Source: Zymomonas mobilis subsp. mobilis ATCC 10988
GTDB taxonomy: Bacteria > Pseudomonadota > Alphaproteobacteria > Sphingomonadales > Sphingomonadaceae
Assembly: GCF_000175255.2 (NCBI RefSeq)
Contig: NC_017262.1
Location: forward strand, 1,800,001-1,832,000
Length of the DNA: 32,000 nt
Reading direction: 5' to 3'
Under the pieces are notes generated by a model that did not search any database, had not been told where the DNA came from, and worked only from the letters and a program-made list of their open reading frames with translations. A program made the position numbers and the translations under genes. This document shows, piece by piece, positions 1 to 10,356 of the stretch (its first letter is position 1; each line of letters opens with the position of its first letter).

Positions 1-137
1 GTCTTCAACCACAAACCTTCAAGAACAGCCAGATAAGCTGCAAGGCCAATAGAAAAAGCCGGAAAGATAATATGAAAGCCCACCGTGAATGCAAATTGTA
101 TTCGGGCGAGCATTAAAGCGGTCGCATCTGGTACCAT
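1..137 (-). CDS. cydA: Cytochrome bd-type ubiquinol oxidase subunit I, N-terminal fragment (gene continues beyond the left edge)
   Basis: The reverse complement of 1..137 starts with ATG (135..137). It translates to MVPDATALMLARIQFAFTVGFHIIFPAFSIGLAAYLAVLEGLWLKT. This matches the conserved CydA/CioA N-terminus (xxRxQFAxTxxFHxxFxxxxIGL, first transmembrane helix). It is too short for the ORF track. Confidence 0.75.
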   Translation of the reverse strand, partial: MVPDATALMLARIQFAFTVGFHIIFPAFSIGLAAYLAVLEGLWLK

Positions 138-900
138 AGAAATGGCTCCGTCGATAATATTAGGAATTATTAGGGTCTACGGGCTTTTCTTCAGGGATCA
201 GCTTCCTGAATCTGTAAAATGCCCCCTATATATTATCAGTGTATTGATAGCATCGGGTATTGTGTCAATAGAGAATTTCTTGATCCTCGGGGGTAATAAT
301 CTCTATCCACAGTCTATTTATCTTCAATTGGGTTTAATTATCGTTTTATATTTCTTTAATTTTATTTATTTTTTTGATAAATTTTAAAATGTAATATGCC
401 CATGTCAGATTGTTTTGAGTATATTGCTGTAGTTATAGCATCTATTTATAAATCAATAACATTTTTTAAATAAAATAGTGATGAAGCGATTAAGGGCTTT
501 ATTTTAAAACTTGCCCATGAAATCACTGAATAGGGGCGATTTCAAAAGAAAGTCACGATAGGAACAAGGGAAAAGGGGCTTAGGTCTCAATATTGAAAAT
601 AACGATTTTTGAAATCGAATTATTTTCTATCTCTGATAACAGACCACCCGAGGGAACAGATATTTTCCGATTTTAGGGCTGTTGTGATTAAAAAGCCATA
701 TGAAAAAGGCTCAATTTATAATTTAAATATAGAGTATTCTATTATTCTTTTTCAAATGATTCTGTTTTTTGTTAGAGTTAGCTGATAAAAAGCCCGCGAC
801 CTTATTCTGCATTTTAATAATAGCTGTCAGATCGGGTCGAATTTTGTTAGATATATCTCCTAAGTCTTTCCTCGCTCATAGAATCAAAGGTTGAAGCGAC

Positions 901-3216
901 ATGACCATTTCCACCCTTGAAAAACCTGACATTGCCGCCGGACAGGCATCGAATGCCGAAACTCAACGGATGGACTCTGCCCTTGATCCGTGGCGGGGTT
1001 TTAAGGGGCGTAAATGGCAGCGAGAAATCGACACGCGTGATTTTATCCTGTCGAATGTCACCAGCTACACCGGCAACAGCGATTTTCTGGCCGGTATCAC
1101 GCCCAAGACAACCAAACTCTGGGAAAAATTACAAGTCTCTCTCGAGGCCGAACGGAAAACCCAAGGCGGTGTTCTCGATGTCGATACCTCCACGGTTTCC
1201 GATATCACGGCACATGCACCGGGCTTTATTGAAAAAGACCTTGAGGTCGTCGTTGGTTTACAGACCGATGCTCCGCTGAAACGGGCAATCATGCCTTTCG
1301 GCGGCTATCGCATGATTAAAAAAGGTCTGGAAGCCTATGGCTTCAAAGAAGATGAAAGCCTGTCAAAGATTTTTCCGGCTTTACGGAAAACCCATAATGA
1401 CGGTGTCTTTGATGTCTATACGCCGGAAATCATGGCTTGCCGCCGCTCCGGTATTATCACGGGTCTGCCGGATGCTTATGGTCGTGGCCGGATTATCGGT
1501 GACTATCGTCGGGTCGCGCTTTATGGCGTTGATTGCCTGATTGAAGACAAAAAAGAGCAGGGCAAGCGTCTGGAACGTAACCCCTTTGATGAAGAAACCA
1601 TCAAATTGCGGGAAGAAGTTGCTGAACAGATCAAGGCACTTCATGAATTGGCCGCAATGGCAAAAAGCTATGGCTATGACATTTCACAGCCTGCGGTAAC
1701 GGCACAGCAAGCGGTTCAATGGACATATTTTGCATATCTGGCAGCTGTTAAAGAAGCCAATGGTGCGGCGATGTCTTTGGGTCGGGTTTCGACCTTCCTC
1801 GACATCTATATCGAACGCGACTTGAAAGAAGGCCGGATTACCGAAGCCGAAGCGCAAGAGCTGGTTGACCAGTTCGTGATGAAGCTCCGCATTGTCCGCT
1901 TCCTCCGTACCCCTGAATATGACCAGTTATTCTCTGGCGATCCGACATGGGTCACGGAATCCTTGGGCGGTATGGCTATAGATGGCCGGACTTTGGTCAC
2001 AAAATCGAGCTTCCGCTTCTTGCATACTCTCGAAAATCTGGGACCCGCACCAGAACCGAATTTGACGGTTCTTTGGTCAGAAAATCTGCCTAAAGGCTTC
2101 AAAGATTACTGCGCCAAGATTTCGATCGACACCTCGTCAATCCAATATGAAAATGACGATCTGATGCGCTCTTATTGGGGCGATGATTACGGCATTGCTT
2201 GCTGTGTCTCGGCTATGCGCATCGGTAAACAGATGCAGTTCTTCGGGGCGCGCGCCAATCTCGCAAAAACACTGCTTTATGCCATCAATGGTGGCCGTGA
2301 TGAAAAAAGCGGTGTGCAGGTTGCGCCGGCCTTCGCGCCTGTCACGGGCGATATTCTGGATTACGAAGACGTCAAAAGCCGCATGGTTCAGATGATGGAA
2401 TGGCTGGCCAGCGTCTATATCAATGCTTTGAATGCCATTCACTTCATGCATGATAAATATATGTATGAACGGGTTGAAATGGCGCTCCATGATCTGGAAA
2501 TCTTGCGGACAATGGCTTGCGGTATCGCTGGCCTGTCTGTCGCCGCAGACAGCCTGTCCGCCATCAAACATGCCAAAGTTAAAATCATCCGTGACGAGCG
2601 CGGTTTAGCCACCGATTTTGAAATCGAAGGCGATTATCCGGCTTATGGTAACAATGATGACCGCGCCGATGAAATTGCGATTTGGCTGGTTGAAACCTTC
2701 ATGAATATGCTTCGGAAGCAGACGACTTATCGCCGTTCTGTTCCGACCCAGTCTATTCTGACGATCACTTCCAATGTGGTTTACGGTAAAAAGACCGGCA
2801 ATACGCCTGACGGCCGTCGGGCTGGTGAACCTTTTGCACCGGGTGCCAATCCAATGCATGGCCGCGATTTGAAAGGCCCCGTGGCCTCGATGGCGTCGGT
2901 TGCCAAATTGCCTTACGCCCATGCACAGGATGGTATCTCCAATACCTTCACCATCGTCCCCAATGCTTTGGGTATGAACAAGGAAGAACGGATTGATAAT
3001 CTTATCGGCTTGCTCTCCGGTTATTTCGGGGCAGGGGCGCATCATATGAATGTCAATGTGTTTGACCGGAATACTTTGCTGGATGCCGTCGATCATCCTG
3101 AAAAATATCCGCAATTAACCATCCGTGTTTCTGGTTATGCCGTCAATTTCGTGAAATTGACCCGTGAGCAGCAAATGGATGTTATCCACCGGACTTTCCA
3201 TGGCCTTGATAATTAA
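901..3216 (+). CDS. pflB: Formate C-acetyltransferase (pyruvate formate-lyase)
   Basis: The 771-aa ORF has the active-site Cys-Cys (GIACCVSAM) and the C-terminal glycyl-radical motif (RVSGYAVNF). It is followed directly by its activase. Confidence 0.96.
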   Translation: MTISTLEKPDIAAGQASNAETQRMDSALDPWRGFKGRKWQREIDTRDFILSNVTSYTGNSDFLAGITPKTTKLWEKLQVSLEAERKTQGGVLDVDTSTVSDITAHAPGFIEKDLEVVVGLQTDAPLKRAIMPFGGYRMIKKGLEAYGFKEDESLSKIFPALRKTHNDGVFDVYTPEIMACRRSGIITGLPDAYGRGRIIGDYRRVALYGVDCLIEDKKEQGKRLERNPFDEETIKLREEVAEQIKALHELAAMAKSYGYDISQPAVTAQQAVQWTYFAYLAAVKEANGAAMSLGRVSTFLDIYIERDLKEGRITEAEAQELVDQFVMKLRIVRFLRTPEYDQLFSGDPTWVTESLGGMAIDGRTLVTKSSFRFLHTLENLGPAPEPNLTVLWSENLPKGFKDYCAKISIDTSSIQYENDDLMRSYWGDDYGIACCVSAMRIGKQMQFFGARANLAKTLLYAINGGRDEKSGVQVAPAFAPVTGDILDYEDVKSRMVQMMEWLASVYINALNAIHFMHDKYMYERVEMALHDLEILRTMACGIAGLSVAADSLSAIKHAKVKIIRDERGLATDFEIEGDYPAYGNNDDRADEIAIWLVETFMNMLRKQTTYRRSVPTQSILTITSNVVYGKKTGNTPDGRRAGEPFAPGANPMHGRDLKGPVASMASVAKLPYAHAQDGISNTFTIVPNALGMNKEERIDNLIGLLSGYFGAGAHHMNVNVFDRNTLLDAVDHPEKYPQLTIRVSGYAVNFVKLTREQQMDVIHRTFHGLDN

Positions 3217-3991
3217 AAGACCAGCCGTAACCAGCCTCGTTGAAGAGGCTGGTTGCGACAACACGCTTAAAGGGCGAATTCATTCGACTGAAATCGGCGG
3301 CGCAGTAGACGGGCCTGGGGTGCGTTTTGTGCTGTTCTTGGCGGGTTGCGCTTTGCGCTGCCAATATTGCCATAACCCCGATAGCTGGTTTCTGAAAAAT
3401 GGTCGTGCGGTAACCTTGGCCGAAATGATGGAAGAGGTCGCCTCCTATGCCGATTTTTTAAAACGGGCAGGCGGCGGCATCACCATCAGCGGTGGGGAAC
3501 CTCTGGTTCAGCCCGAATTTACAGGCGCGCTTTTAAAGGCTGCCAAATATCTGGGACTTCATACCGCGATTGATACCGCCGGTTTTCTGGGGGCACAGGC
3601 GGATGATGCCTTGCTTTCCAATACCGATCTTGTTCTTTTGGATATCAAAGCCTTTAACGATAAACGCTATAAGGCACTTACCGGCGTTGAACTGCAACCG
3701 ACTCTTGCCTTTGCTAAACGGCTCGCCGCTCTGAAAAAGCCAGTCTGGCTGCGTTATGTTTTGGTGCCGGGTTTAACTGACAATTTTAATGAGATCGCCA
3801 ATCTTGCCGATTTTGCTGCCACTTTAGGCAATATCGAGCGGGTGGACGTGCTGCCTTTTCACAAAATGGGCGAATATAAATGGAAAGCGAGCGGCCTCGC
3901 TTATAAATTGGGTGATACGCAACCCCCATCGCCCGCTTTGGTTGAAGATGTCCGTGGCATTTTTCGCGATAATGGCTTAAATCTGTCCTGA
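3200..3991 (+). CDS. pflA: Pyruvate formate-lyase activating enzyme (radical SAM)
   Basis: It has the radical-SAM cluster motif [10 protein letters not shown] and the [20 protein letters not shown]-terminal region typical of PflA. The track ORF starts at 3164 inside pflB. The ATG at 3200 is the last in-frame ATG before the conserved region, so the start is uncertain among 3164, 3179 and 3200. Confidence 0.9.
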   Translation: MALIIKRPAVTSLVEEAGCDNTLKGRIHSTEIGGAVDGPGVRFVLFLAGCALRCQYCHNPDSWFLKNGRAVTLAEMMEEVASYADFLKRAGGGITISGGEPLVQPEFTGALLKAAKYLGLHTAIDTAGFLGAQADDALLSNTDLVLLDIKAFNDKRYKALTGVELQPTLAFAKRLAALKKPVWLRYVLVPGLTDNFNEIANLADFAATLGNIERVDVLPFHKMGEYKWKASGLAYKLGDTQPPSPALVEDVRGIFRDNGLNLS

Positions 3992-4164
3992 TAAGCACAG
4001 CTTATTGAAAATCAATCGCAATATCTTGACAGCTTCTTCCTCTTTCCATCATAGCCTAGCCTATATTGGGTGACTGCTGTTGCTTGGGATATTGTCCGGC
4101 AACCAGTAAAGGGCATTTCTATGCCTGTTGTCCTATCGGGGGGAAAAAGGTGACTTATCAGGAT

Positions 4165-6573
4165 ATGACAGCATCCGAATGGAGAAAATATTACCAGCAT
4201 TTCTTGGTAACCTCTGTTTTTCTAGCCGGAATAAGCGGGGTATTTCCGATCCACCCTGCTCATGCTGAAACTCAAGAATCTCCAAAATCCTCTGATAAAA
4301 CGTCCTCTAAAAATGACGCGATTATTGTGACAGGCCGTCCGCTTTTCAAAACTGCCAATGGCTTTTCAGTCAACGATATTGGCGGCGGCTTGATACAGAA
4401 AGAAACCGAAACCCGATCGGTCAGCCATATCTCAACCGATTTCATCCAAAAACAAGCGCCCACCGCGAACGCCTTTGATCTGGTAGCAATGTTACCGGGG
4501 GCGAATGTCACGTCTTCCGACCCGTTAGGCTTTTCAACCCAGACCAATATCACGATCCGTGGATTAAGCGGCGATGCCATTGGCTATGTGCTGGAAGGTA
4601 TGCCGCTAAATGATGTCGCCTATTATACCGGCTATCCCACGCAATTCGCGGATAGTGAAAACTACCAACAGATTGGCCTCGCCCAAGGCTCTGCTGATCT
4701 CGACAGTCCGGTTTTAAACGCCGCCGGTGGTGTGATGAATCTGAATTTTCGAAAACCGGCTGATAAAATGGGCGGCTATGCCGATTTCTCTTATGGTTCT
4801 TATAATACCAACCGCCAATTTCTGCGTTTCGATATGGGCGAAATCGGTCATAGCGGTGTGAAAGGCTTCGTTTCCTATTCCCATGCCCGAACCGATAACT
4901 GGCGCGGGGCAGGCTATGATGAAAAACAGCATGTCGATTTCAAATTCCTAAAGGAATGGGGACAAGACAGCCATGTTTCACTATTAGGCACATGGAATAA
5001 AGGCATCACCAGCTATTATCCCCAAGTCGATAAACAAAGCTGGAAAGAAAACGGCATTTCGGGCAGTAACAATCTGGCATCCCGTTACAATGTCAATAAT
5101 GACGCAGCGGGTAGCGATTATTGGCGGCTATACCGCGCACCAGAAGAAATCTTTTATCTGGCGGCTCCGATAGATGTTCGACTGGCCTCTAATCTCAAAT
5201 TAAAAGTCACGCCTTATGGCCAATGGGACAGGGGAAATGTCCCAGCCGGTTCGACATTGAATAATAGCGGGTTATGGAATGGCACCGAAGCTATCGCGGG
5301 GACAATCAACCTTCCCAATGCGACAGATGGCACAGCAACGGTTCGCTCCAACTATACCCAACGCTCGGCAAGGGCAGGGGTGAATGCCAGTGCCACTTGG
5401 TCACTGAAAAATCATGATCTGACTTTGGGCTATTGGTTCGACTATTCGGCAGACAAAGAACAGAACAGCTTTACCCCTGTTGATAGTAACGGCCATGCCT
5501 CCAATCTCTGGGCAGACCGTCATTCGACATTGATTAAAATGCCGGATGGTTCGCCCTTATTGGGGACAAATAACCGCACCCATACTTATGTGAATGCCGT
5601 TTATCTCGGCGATCATATGACTTTTCTGCAAAATAGACTGACTTTTGATATCGGCTTTAAAGAAGTCATCATGACGCGACATGGCTATAACTATCTCCCG
5701 GGTTCGCAACATAAGGCAAATTTCTCGACCTCGGAACCGCTGCCAAGGTTAGGGCTGCGCTACCAGATTGACAGTAAAAGCCATGTCTTTTTCAGTGCTT
5801 CAACCAATTTCCGAACCGCTGATGAAACCGCCCTTTATAATAGTTACGATCCCACTAGTGGCGATATCATCGTAAACGGTAATAAAAATCTGAAAAACGA
5901 ATATTCGGTATCCGAAGAATTGGGCTATCGCTATTCCGATGCTTTGGTGACGGGCAGTTTGACCCTGTTCAATTACAATTTTTCCAATCGGCAATTACAG
6001 ACCGTGATAGTCCAGAATGGCTCACATATTCAGTCAACCATCAATGCCGGAAACCAGATTTCTCGCGGGGTTGATTTTGAAATCGGGCTTGCACCTTGGC
6101 ATCATATCAGCCCCTATCTATCGGGCGAATATTTATATACGCGCCAGACCAGCGATCTTACCGTTGGCGATGACCTCTTGCCCACCAAAGGCAAAAGAGC
6201 CGTGCGTAGCCCTGCATTCCAAGGCTCTTTAGGCGTTACCTATGACGATCATCATTTCTTTGGCATGGCCAGCGTCAAATATACTGGCTCCCAATATGGC
6301 AGCTTCATGAATGATGAAAAAATTCCGGCTTATGTCACCGGCAATATTTCGGTCGGCTATCGCTTTACACAGGAAGCCTTCCTGAAACATCCTGAAATCC
6401 GGCTAAACTTTATCAATATCGGAAACAACCATTATCTGTCCGGGATTGCCAGCCCGACCGCCAATGCCCAAGATACGATTGGACGGAATGGCACCGTCAT
6501 TTCAGGCAGCGCTCCGCAATATTATATTGGCGGCGGCTTTGCGGTTCTGGCTTCCCTCAGCAGCGCATTCTGA
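4165..6573 (+). CDS. TonB-dependent outer-membrane receptor
   Basis: From the ATG at 4165 there is a signal-peptide-like N-terminus (…FLAGISGVFPIHPAHA/ETQ). A plug-region motif (DAIIVTGRP) follows. The body is a long beta-barrel rich in Y/G/N/S that ends in a terminal aromatic residue (…LSSAF). The track start at 4066 adds a Cys-rich, non-signal extension, so I prefer 4165. Confidence 0.88.
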   Translation: MTASEWRKYYQHFLVTSVFLAGISGVFPIHPAHAETQESPKSSDKTSSKNDAIIVTGRPLFKTANGFSVNDIGGGLIQKETETRSVSHISTDFIQKQAPTANAFDLVAMLPGANVTSSDPLGFSTQTNITIRGLSGDAIGYVLEGMPLNDVAYYTGYPTQFADSENYQQIGLAQGSADLDSPVLNAAGGVMNLNFRKPADKMGGYADFSYGSYNTNRQFLRFDMGEIGHSGVKGFVSYSHARTDNWRGAGYDEKQHVDFKFLKEWGQDSHVSLLGTWNKGITSYYPQVDKQSWKENGISGSNNLASRYNVNNDAAGSDYWRLYRAPEEIFYLAAPIDVRLASNLKLKVTPYGQWDRGNVPAGSTLNNSGLWNGTEAIAGTINLPNATDGTATVRSNYTQRSARAGVNASATWSLKNHDLTLGYWFDYSADKEQNSFTPVDSNGHASNLWADRHSTLIKMPDGSPLLGTNNRTHTYVNAVYLGDHMTFLQNRLTFDIGFKEVIMTRHGYNYLPGSQHKANFSTSEPLPRLGLRYQIDSKSHVFFSASTNFRTADETALYNSYDPTSGDIIVNGNKNLKNEYSVSEELGYRYSDALVTGSLTLFNYNFSNRQLQTVIVQNGSHIQSTINAGNQISRGVDFEIGLAPWHHISPYLSGEYLYTRQTSDLTVGDDLLPTKGKRAVRSPAFQGSLGVTYDDHHFFGMASVKYTGSQYGSFMNDEKIPAYVTGNISVGYRFTQEAFLKHPEIRLNFINIGNNHYLSGIASPTANAQDTIGRNGTVISGSAPQYYIGGGFAVLASLSSAF

Positions 6574-6585
6574 TATCAGCCAGTC

Positions 6586-7758
6586 ATGGCAATAAAAGAT
6601 GACGGCATGACAGAAGCAGCCCATAAGGCAGTGCATCAGTTTGGAGTTTCCGGCTATCAGACGGAACGGGACTGGCCTTATCTGACAATATTGGAAATAA
6701 ACGCGGTTTTGGCGTCTTTCAGCGAGCAGGGTAAAGCCATAAAAATCCTGTCCCATAGCCGGCGGCCTTATTCTGCTGCGGCCTTATTTGAAACTGACCA
6801 GAAACAGACGTTTTTTATCAAACGCCATCATCACAAAATCAGAAATAAGACCGAACTTTTAAAAGAACATCTTTTTGCTCGTCATCTGGCACAAAAATCT
6901 TTCCCGATCAGCACGCCTATGATGGCCGATCATAACCAAACGGTTATTGAAAAAGAGCCGTGGATTTATGAAATTCATCCCCAAGCCCAAGGCGTAGATC
7001 TCTATCAGGATGTGATGTCATGGGAGCCTTTTTTTAACCGCGACCATGCTTATGAAGCTGGGCGAATGCTGGCACTTTTCCATCAAGCCGCCCAAGGTTT
7101 TAATGAATCCCCACGTCATCATGCGTTATTAGTCTCGGCAGGCGATACGCTGTTGCATGATGATTTTATCAAGGCTTTATCCGAATGGATAACGGCGCAG
7201 CCGGAATTATTAAAACAGCTTGAAGGCAAAAACTGGCAGCAAGACATCGCCGAAAATATTCTGCCTTTTCATCATCAATTACAGCCTTTGATCGCCGACA
7301 TCACCCCGCTTTGGGGGCATGGCGATTGGCAAAGCTCTAATCTGATGTGGACAGGAAGCAATCCCAAAGCCAAGGTCAGTTGTGTCCTTGATCTCGGTAT
7401 GGCTGATTATAGTTCGGCGATGTTTGACCTTGCAACGGCGATAGAACGAAATGTCATCGCATGGCTGGATATGGATAGCCGCCAAGATATCGTGATTTAT
7501 GATCAGCTTTTCGCCCTGTTGCGTGGCTATCATCATATCAAACCGTTATCCGAAATGGATAAACAGCTACTTTCCGCCTTTATGCCGCTGTTGCATGTCG
7601 AATATGCCTTGTCTGAAATTGTCTATTTTGGGGCGCTGCTCCAAGACAGGACTTCAGCTGATATCGCTTATTATGATTATTTGTTGGGGCATAGCCGCTG
7701 GTTCTCTGGGCAAGAAGGCCGGCAGCTTTTACAAAAAATAATCCATTTCGAGGCGTGA
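6586..7758 (+). CDS. Phosphotransferase-family protein (APH/choline-kinase-like fold), substrate unknown
   Basis: The 390-aa ORF has a Brenner-type catalytic motif (HGDWQSSNLMW, i.e. HGDxxxxN). A downstream DLG…D metal-binding-like segment (VLDLGMADYSSAMFDLA) follows. It starts 13 nt after the receptor's stop codon. Confidence 0.7.
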   Translation: MAIKDDGMTEAAHKAVHQFGVSGYQTERDWPYLTILEINAVLASFSEQGKAIKILSHSRRPYSAAALFETDQKQTFFIKRHHHKIRNKTELLKEHLFARHLAQKSFPISTPMMADHNQTVIEKEPWIYEIHPQAQGVDLYQDVMSWEPFFNRDHAYEAGRMLALFHQAAQGFNESPRHHALLVSAGDTLLHDDFIKALSEWITAQPELLKQLEGKNWQQDIAENILPFHHQLQPLIADITPLWGHGDWQSSNLMWTGSNPKAKVSCVLDLGMADYSSAMFDLATAIERNVIAWLDMDSRQDIVIYDQLFALLRGYHHIKPLSEMDKQLLSAFMPLLHVEYALSEIVYFGALLQDRTSADIAYYDYLLGHSRWFSGQEGRQLLQKIIHFEA

Positions 7759-7764
7759 TCTCGC

Positions 7765-8088
7765 TTATAAAGAGCGAGGCATCCATAGGATAATCGCTGC
7801 TCCAACCAAGCAAAAGGCTGCACCGATCAAATCCCAATGATCGGGCGGGGTTGCTTCGACTTTCCAAGACCATAACAGGCTCATGATGATATAAATACCG
7901 CCATAGACGGCATAGGCCTTACCGGCATTTTCGGCCGGACTAAAGGTCAATAGCCAAGCAAACAGCAAAAGCGACGCTATCCCCGGCAAAAGCCATAATG
8001 GCGATTTATGTAACCTAATCCACGCCCAAAAAGAAAAGCAGCCTGTAATTTCAGCCAAAGCCGCCGGAATATAAAGAAGGGCTAACAT
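7765..8088 (-). CDS. ynfA: YnfA-family small inner-membrane protein (UPF0060)
   Basis: From M27 of the track ORF the product is 107 aa. The motifs [12 protein letters not shown]…, …YAVYGGIYI… and …[14 protein letters not shown] are colinear with YnfA (~108 aa). GAGG lies upstream of the ATG at 8088. The longer 8166 start adds a non-conserved extension. Confidence 0.8.
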   Translation of the reverse strand: MLALLYIPAALAEITGCFSFWAWIRLHKSPLWLLPGIASLLLFAWLLTFSPAENAGKAYAVYGGIYIIMSLLWSWKVEATPPDHWDLIGAAFCLVGAAIILWMPRSL

Positions 8089-8557
8089 GGGAATACCTCG
8101 GGATCGAAAGGGATAAGAGGCCGACAGGCCTTTCAATAAAACCCGCCCCCCAACAGTGATAGCCAACCTGATTTTATATAGATCAAGCGACCGCCTTTTA
8201 AAATCATCTTCCTGACAGAAAAACAGACTTCGCTTTAAAGACGAAGAAAAAGGCTCAAAAAATCAAAATCCAATATTTTTTATGCTGCCGTCATGTGAAA
8301 GGAGCAAATTCTTTCCCTTTGATCGAAATGTATAAAAAAAGGTAGAAAGGACAGTCCCGCTCCCATTTCAAAACGCCTATCCAGCCGCCAAGATTGCCCT
8401 CTTGTCGCTGATACAAAAACCAATTTTATCCCTTAAATCACCTGTGCTTGCCTCGGCATCGCTCCCTTTGCTATCCAAACGGTTATACTATTCGCTTTCA
8501 TCGCTTTGCTTCCAAGGCTAAGCCGGTATCAGCCTTGTTGAGAAAAGAGATTTCATC

Positions 8558-9124
8558 GTGTCCGTTTTGGAATGGCTGGCCGTTTTGACCAGTCTTTTAG
8601 GTATTGTTTTTTCGACCCGACAAATTCGGATATGTTGGCTATTTTATGGAATATCTTCACTGCTTTATGGCAAGATTTTCTTCTCGATAAAGCTTTATGC
8701 CGACTGCCTCTTACAAATCTTCTTCTTTTTTTCCAGTATCTACGGCTGGTTTCACTGGCATCATTATCAAAAAGCCGACAAAATGACGGTGATAACGGCC
8801 TCACACAAAAGCCTGTTGCGCGATATCGCAATGGCGGGGGCGCTTTCGGCTATCTTTGGCTTTTACCTCAAAAATTATACCGATGATGCCTTTCCGTGGC
8901 TGGATGCGCTTTTAAGCTGTTACAGCATTGTCGCGCAATTTTGGGCAGCGCGACTGTATAAAGCGAATTGGTTTCTCTGGATTGTCATTGATTTTTGCTA
9001 CACCGCTTTATTTTGCTACCGTGGCTTATGGCTGACGGCTTGGCTTTATTCGGTTTTTATGGTGATGGCCGTGATAGGGCTAAAAAAATGGCAGAATAAA
9101 AATCCTGCCGTAGCTTGTGACTGA
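8558..9124 (+). CDS. pnuC: PnuC-family transporter (nicotinamide riboside or related vitamin uptake)
   Basis: The 188-aa polytopic membrane protein has PnuC-like segments (EWLAVLTSLLGIVFSTRQ…, KLYADCLLQIFFFFSSIYGWFHW). It uses a GTG start at 8558. Confidence 0.8.
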   Translation: MSVLEWLAVLTSLLGIVFSTRQIRICWLFYGISSLLYGKIFFSIKLYADCLLQIFFFFSSIYGWFHWHHYQKADKMTVITASHKSLLRDIAMAGALSAIFGFYLKNYTDDAFPWLDALLSCYSIVAQFWAARLYKANWFLWIVIDFCYTALFCYRGLWLTAWLYSVFMVMAVIGLKKWQNKNPAVACD

Positions 9125-9141
9125 TATTGTAAGGGAGTAAA

Positions 9142-9217
<76 letters not shown>

Positions 9218-9348
9218 ACTATTATTTCAAAACCATCATAGAATGGCCTGTGAGGGCGCTATTAACAAAAAAAACGGCCTTTGCAAATGTTTTTTTCAAA
9301 AACTTTGCCCATTCTTTTGAAAATAGCGCTTTTATAGGCCTGTTTTCG

Positions 9349-10332
9349 TTATTTTTTCTTTTTCCCTAAAGCATAGGCAAAGGTAATCCGGCTCGTCGTA
9401 TCGACTGGATTTTTCGATGCCGAGACATCTTTTTCATAATAAACGCTAAAGGACAATTTGGTGGACAAATTGCCGATCAGCTTGGTCTCAAGCGAGGTTG
9501 TCGAACTGGCGGTAATATCTTTGCTTTCAAAGAAGATCGAAGAATCTTCCGATACGGTCAACAAAGGTGACACAACCCATTTTGTGGTGAAAGATCCACG
9601 CATAGCCGCGGTGTCTCTTATCCGGCGGCCATTCGGTCTTGAACTGTCAATAAAGATCGTATGACGATAGGCCGGGCCCCCTTCAACCGCCAATGACAGA
9701 TTAGGCTGATCAAAGACTTTGTAACCGATACCGCTACCGCCTGTAATACGGGTGCGATAGCCCAAGAACATATCCCGCTCGTAAAGAGCCAGACCATACA
9801 TATAAAGCCGCTCGTCAAATTTATAATGCGGCTGATAAGAAGCAGTAAAGCGTTCAGCGGAAGTCGTTCCATAGGTGCGCTGGAAATCGGTTCTTGCCTT
9901 GACGGTATGGGTCCAGTTGATACCATTTCGTTCAAGGGCGACCGCCCCGTAAATAGCGGTCTGACGGGTGTTACCCGTCATTTTTGCGCCGCCTAACTCA
10001 ACAGACCCTGTCCAGTTTTCAAACATACCAGAATCGGCAACCCGCCGTAATTCCTTGCGTTTCTTTTCGGCTTCGCGGGCTTCAACTTTGGTGTTGTAAT
10101 CCGCTACCATCGCATCAATTTCAGCCGCAGAATCAGGAACCGTTTTTTTTGCAATCAGGACGATAGATTTAACCGTTTTCGGATCATCAAGGGCTAAAGC
10201 CTTAGTCACCATTTCTTGAATCAGCTTTGGGGGTTCTTCTGCCCAGACCTCACTGACTGGAACTAACGATAGAAGAACGGCACCCTGCGATATTCTCCAA
10301 AGTAACCAAGGCGAGATCGTCCTGGATTGCAA
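9349..10332 (-). CDS. DUF481-family outer-membrane beta-barrel protein
   Basis: The N-terminus is signal-like (…AVLLSLVPVSEVWA/EE). The C-terminal half has alternating beta-strand sequence with the DUF481-type pattern (GSVELGGAKMTGNTRQ…, …YQPHYKFDERLYMYGLALYERD…). The TTG start at 10332 is preceded by GGGAGGA. Confidence 0.65.
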   Translation of the reverse strand: MQSRTISPWLLWRISQGAVLLSLVPVSEVWAEEPPKLIQEMVTKALALDDPKTVKSIVLIAKKTVPDSAAEIDAMVADYNTKVEAREAEKKRKELRRVADSGMFENWTGSVELGGAKMTGNTRQTAIYGAVALERNGINWTHTVKARTDFQRTYGTTSAERFTASYQPHYKFDERLYMYGLALYERDMFLGYRTRITGGSGIGYKVFDQPNLSLAVEGGPAYRHTIFIDSSRPNGRRIRDTAAMRGSFTTKWVVSPLLTVSEDSSIFFESKDITASSTTSLETKLIGNLSTKLSFSVYYEKDVSASKNPVDTTSRITFAYALGKKKK

Positions 10333-10356
10333 ATTGTCCTCCCGATGAAAAAAGAA

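Noticed and set aside
85-387. 100-aa ORF (+) with a hydrophobic, F/I/L-rich product
   Set aside because: It lies in very AT/T-rich DNA where such ORFs arise by chance. Its first 53 nt overlap the cydA start region on the opposite strand. I recognise no motif in it. It cannot be excluded as a small membrane protein if it starts at M20 (142).
917-3114. Numerous nested or antisense ORFs inside pflB (917..1279, 1806..2102, 2137..2571, 2605..3114 and others), with similar ones inside shc, hisD, feoB, purF and cobT
   Set aside because: All are fully contained within long ORFs that have unambiguous family motifs. Their products are low-complexity or R/S/P-rich, which is typical of off-frame translation.
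4007-4025. Fur-box-like sequence GAAAATCAATCGCAATATC next to a TTGACA hexamer upstream of the TonB-dependent receptor
   Set aside because: It matches only 12 of 19 positions of GATAATGATAATCATTATC by my count. No properly spaced -10 element follows the TTGACA. That is too weak to call without a matrix scan or conservation data.
4066-4164. N-terminal extensions of track ORFs: receptor from 4066, pflA from 3164, ynfA from 8166, cobS from 26148, gshA from 17115, hisD from 21231, feoA from 31951
   Set aside because: The extensions use TTG or other upstream starts. They add non-conserved residues ahead of signal peptides or conserved N-termini, and some overlap the preceding gene. Internal ATG starts give lengths typical of the families. 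The starts remain unverified.
7760-7778. Hairpin CTCGCT-TATAAAG-AGCGAG spanning the convergent stop codons of the kinase-like gene and ynfA
   Set aside because: The stem has only 6 bp and overlaps the coding sequence of ynfA, with no flanking T-tracts. It may act as a shared terminator, but the evidence is too thin to list as a feature.
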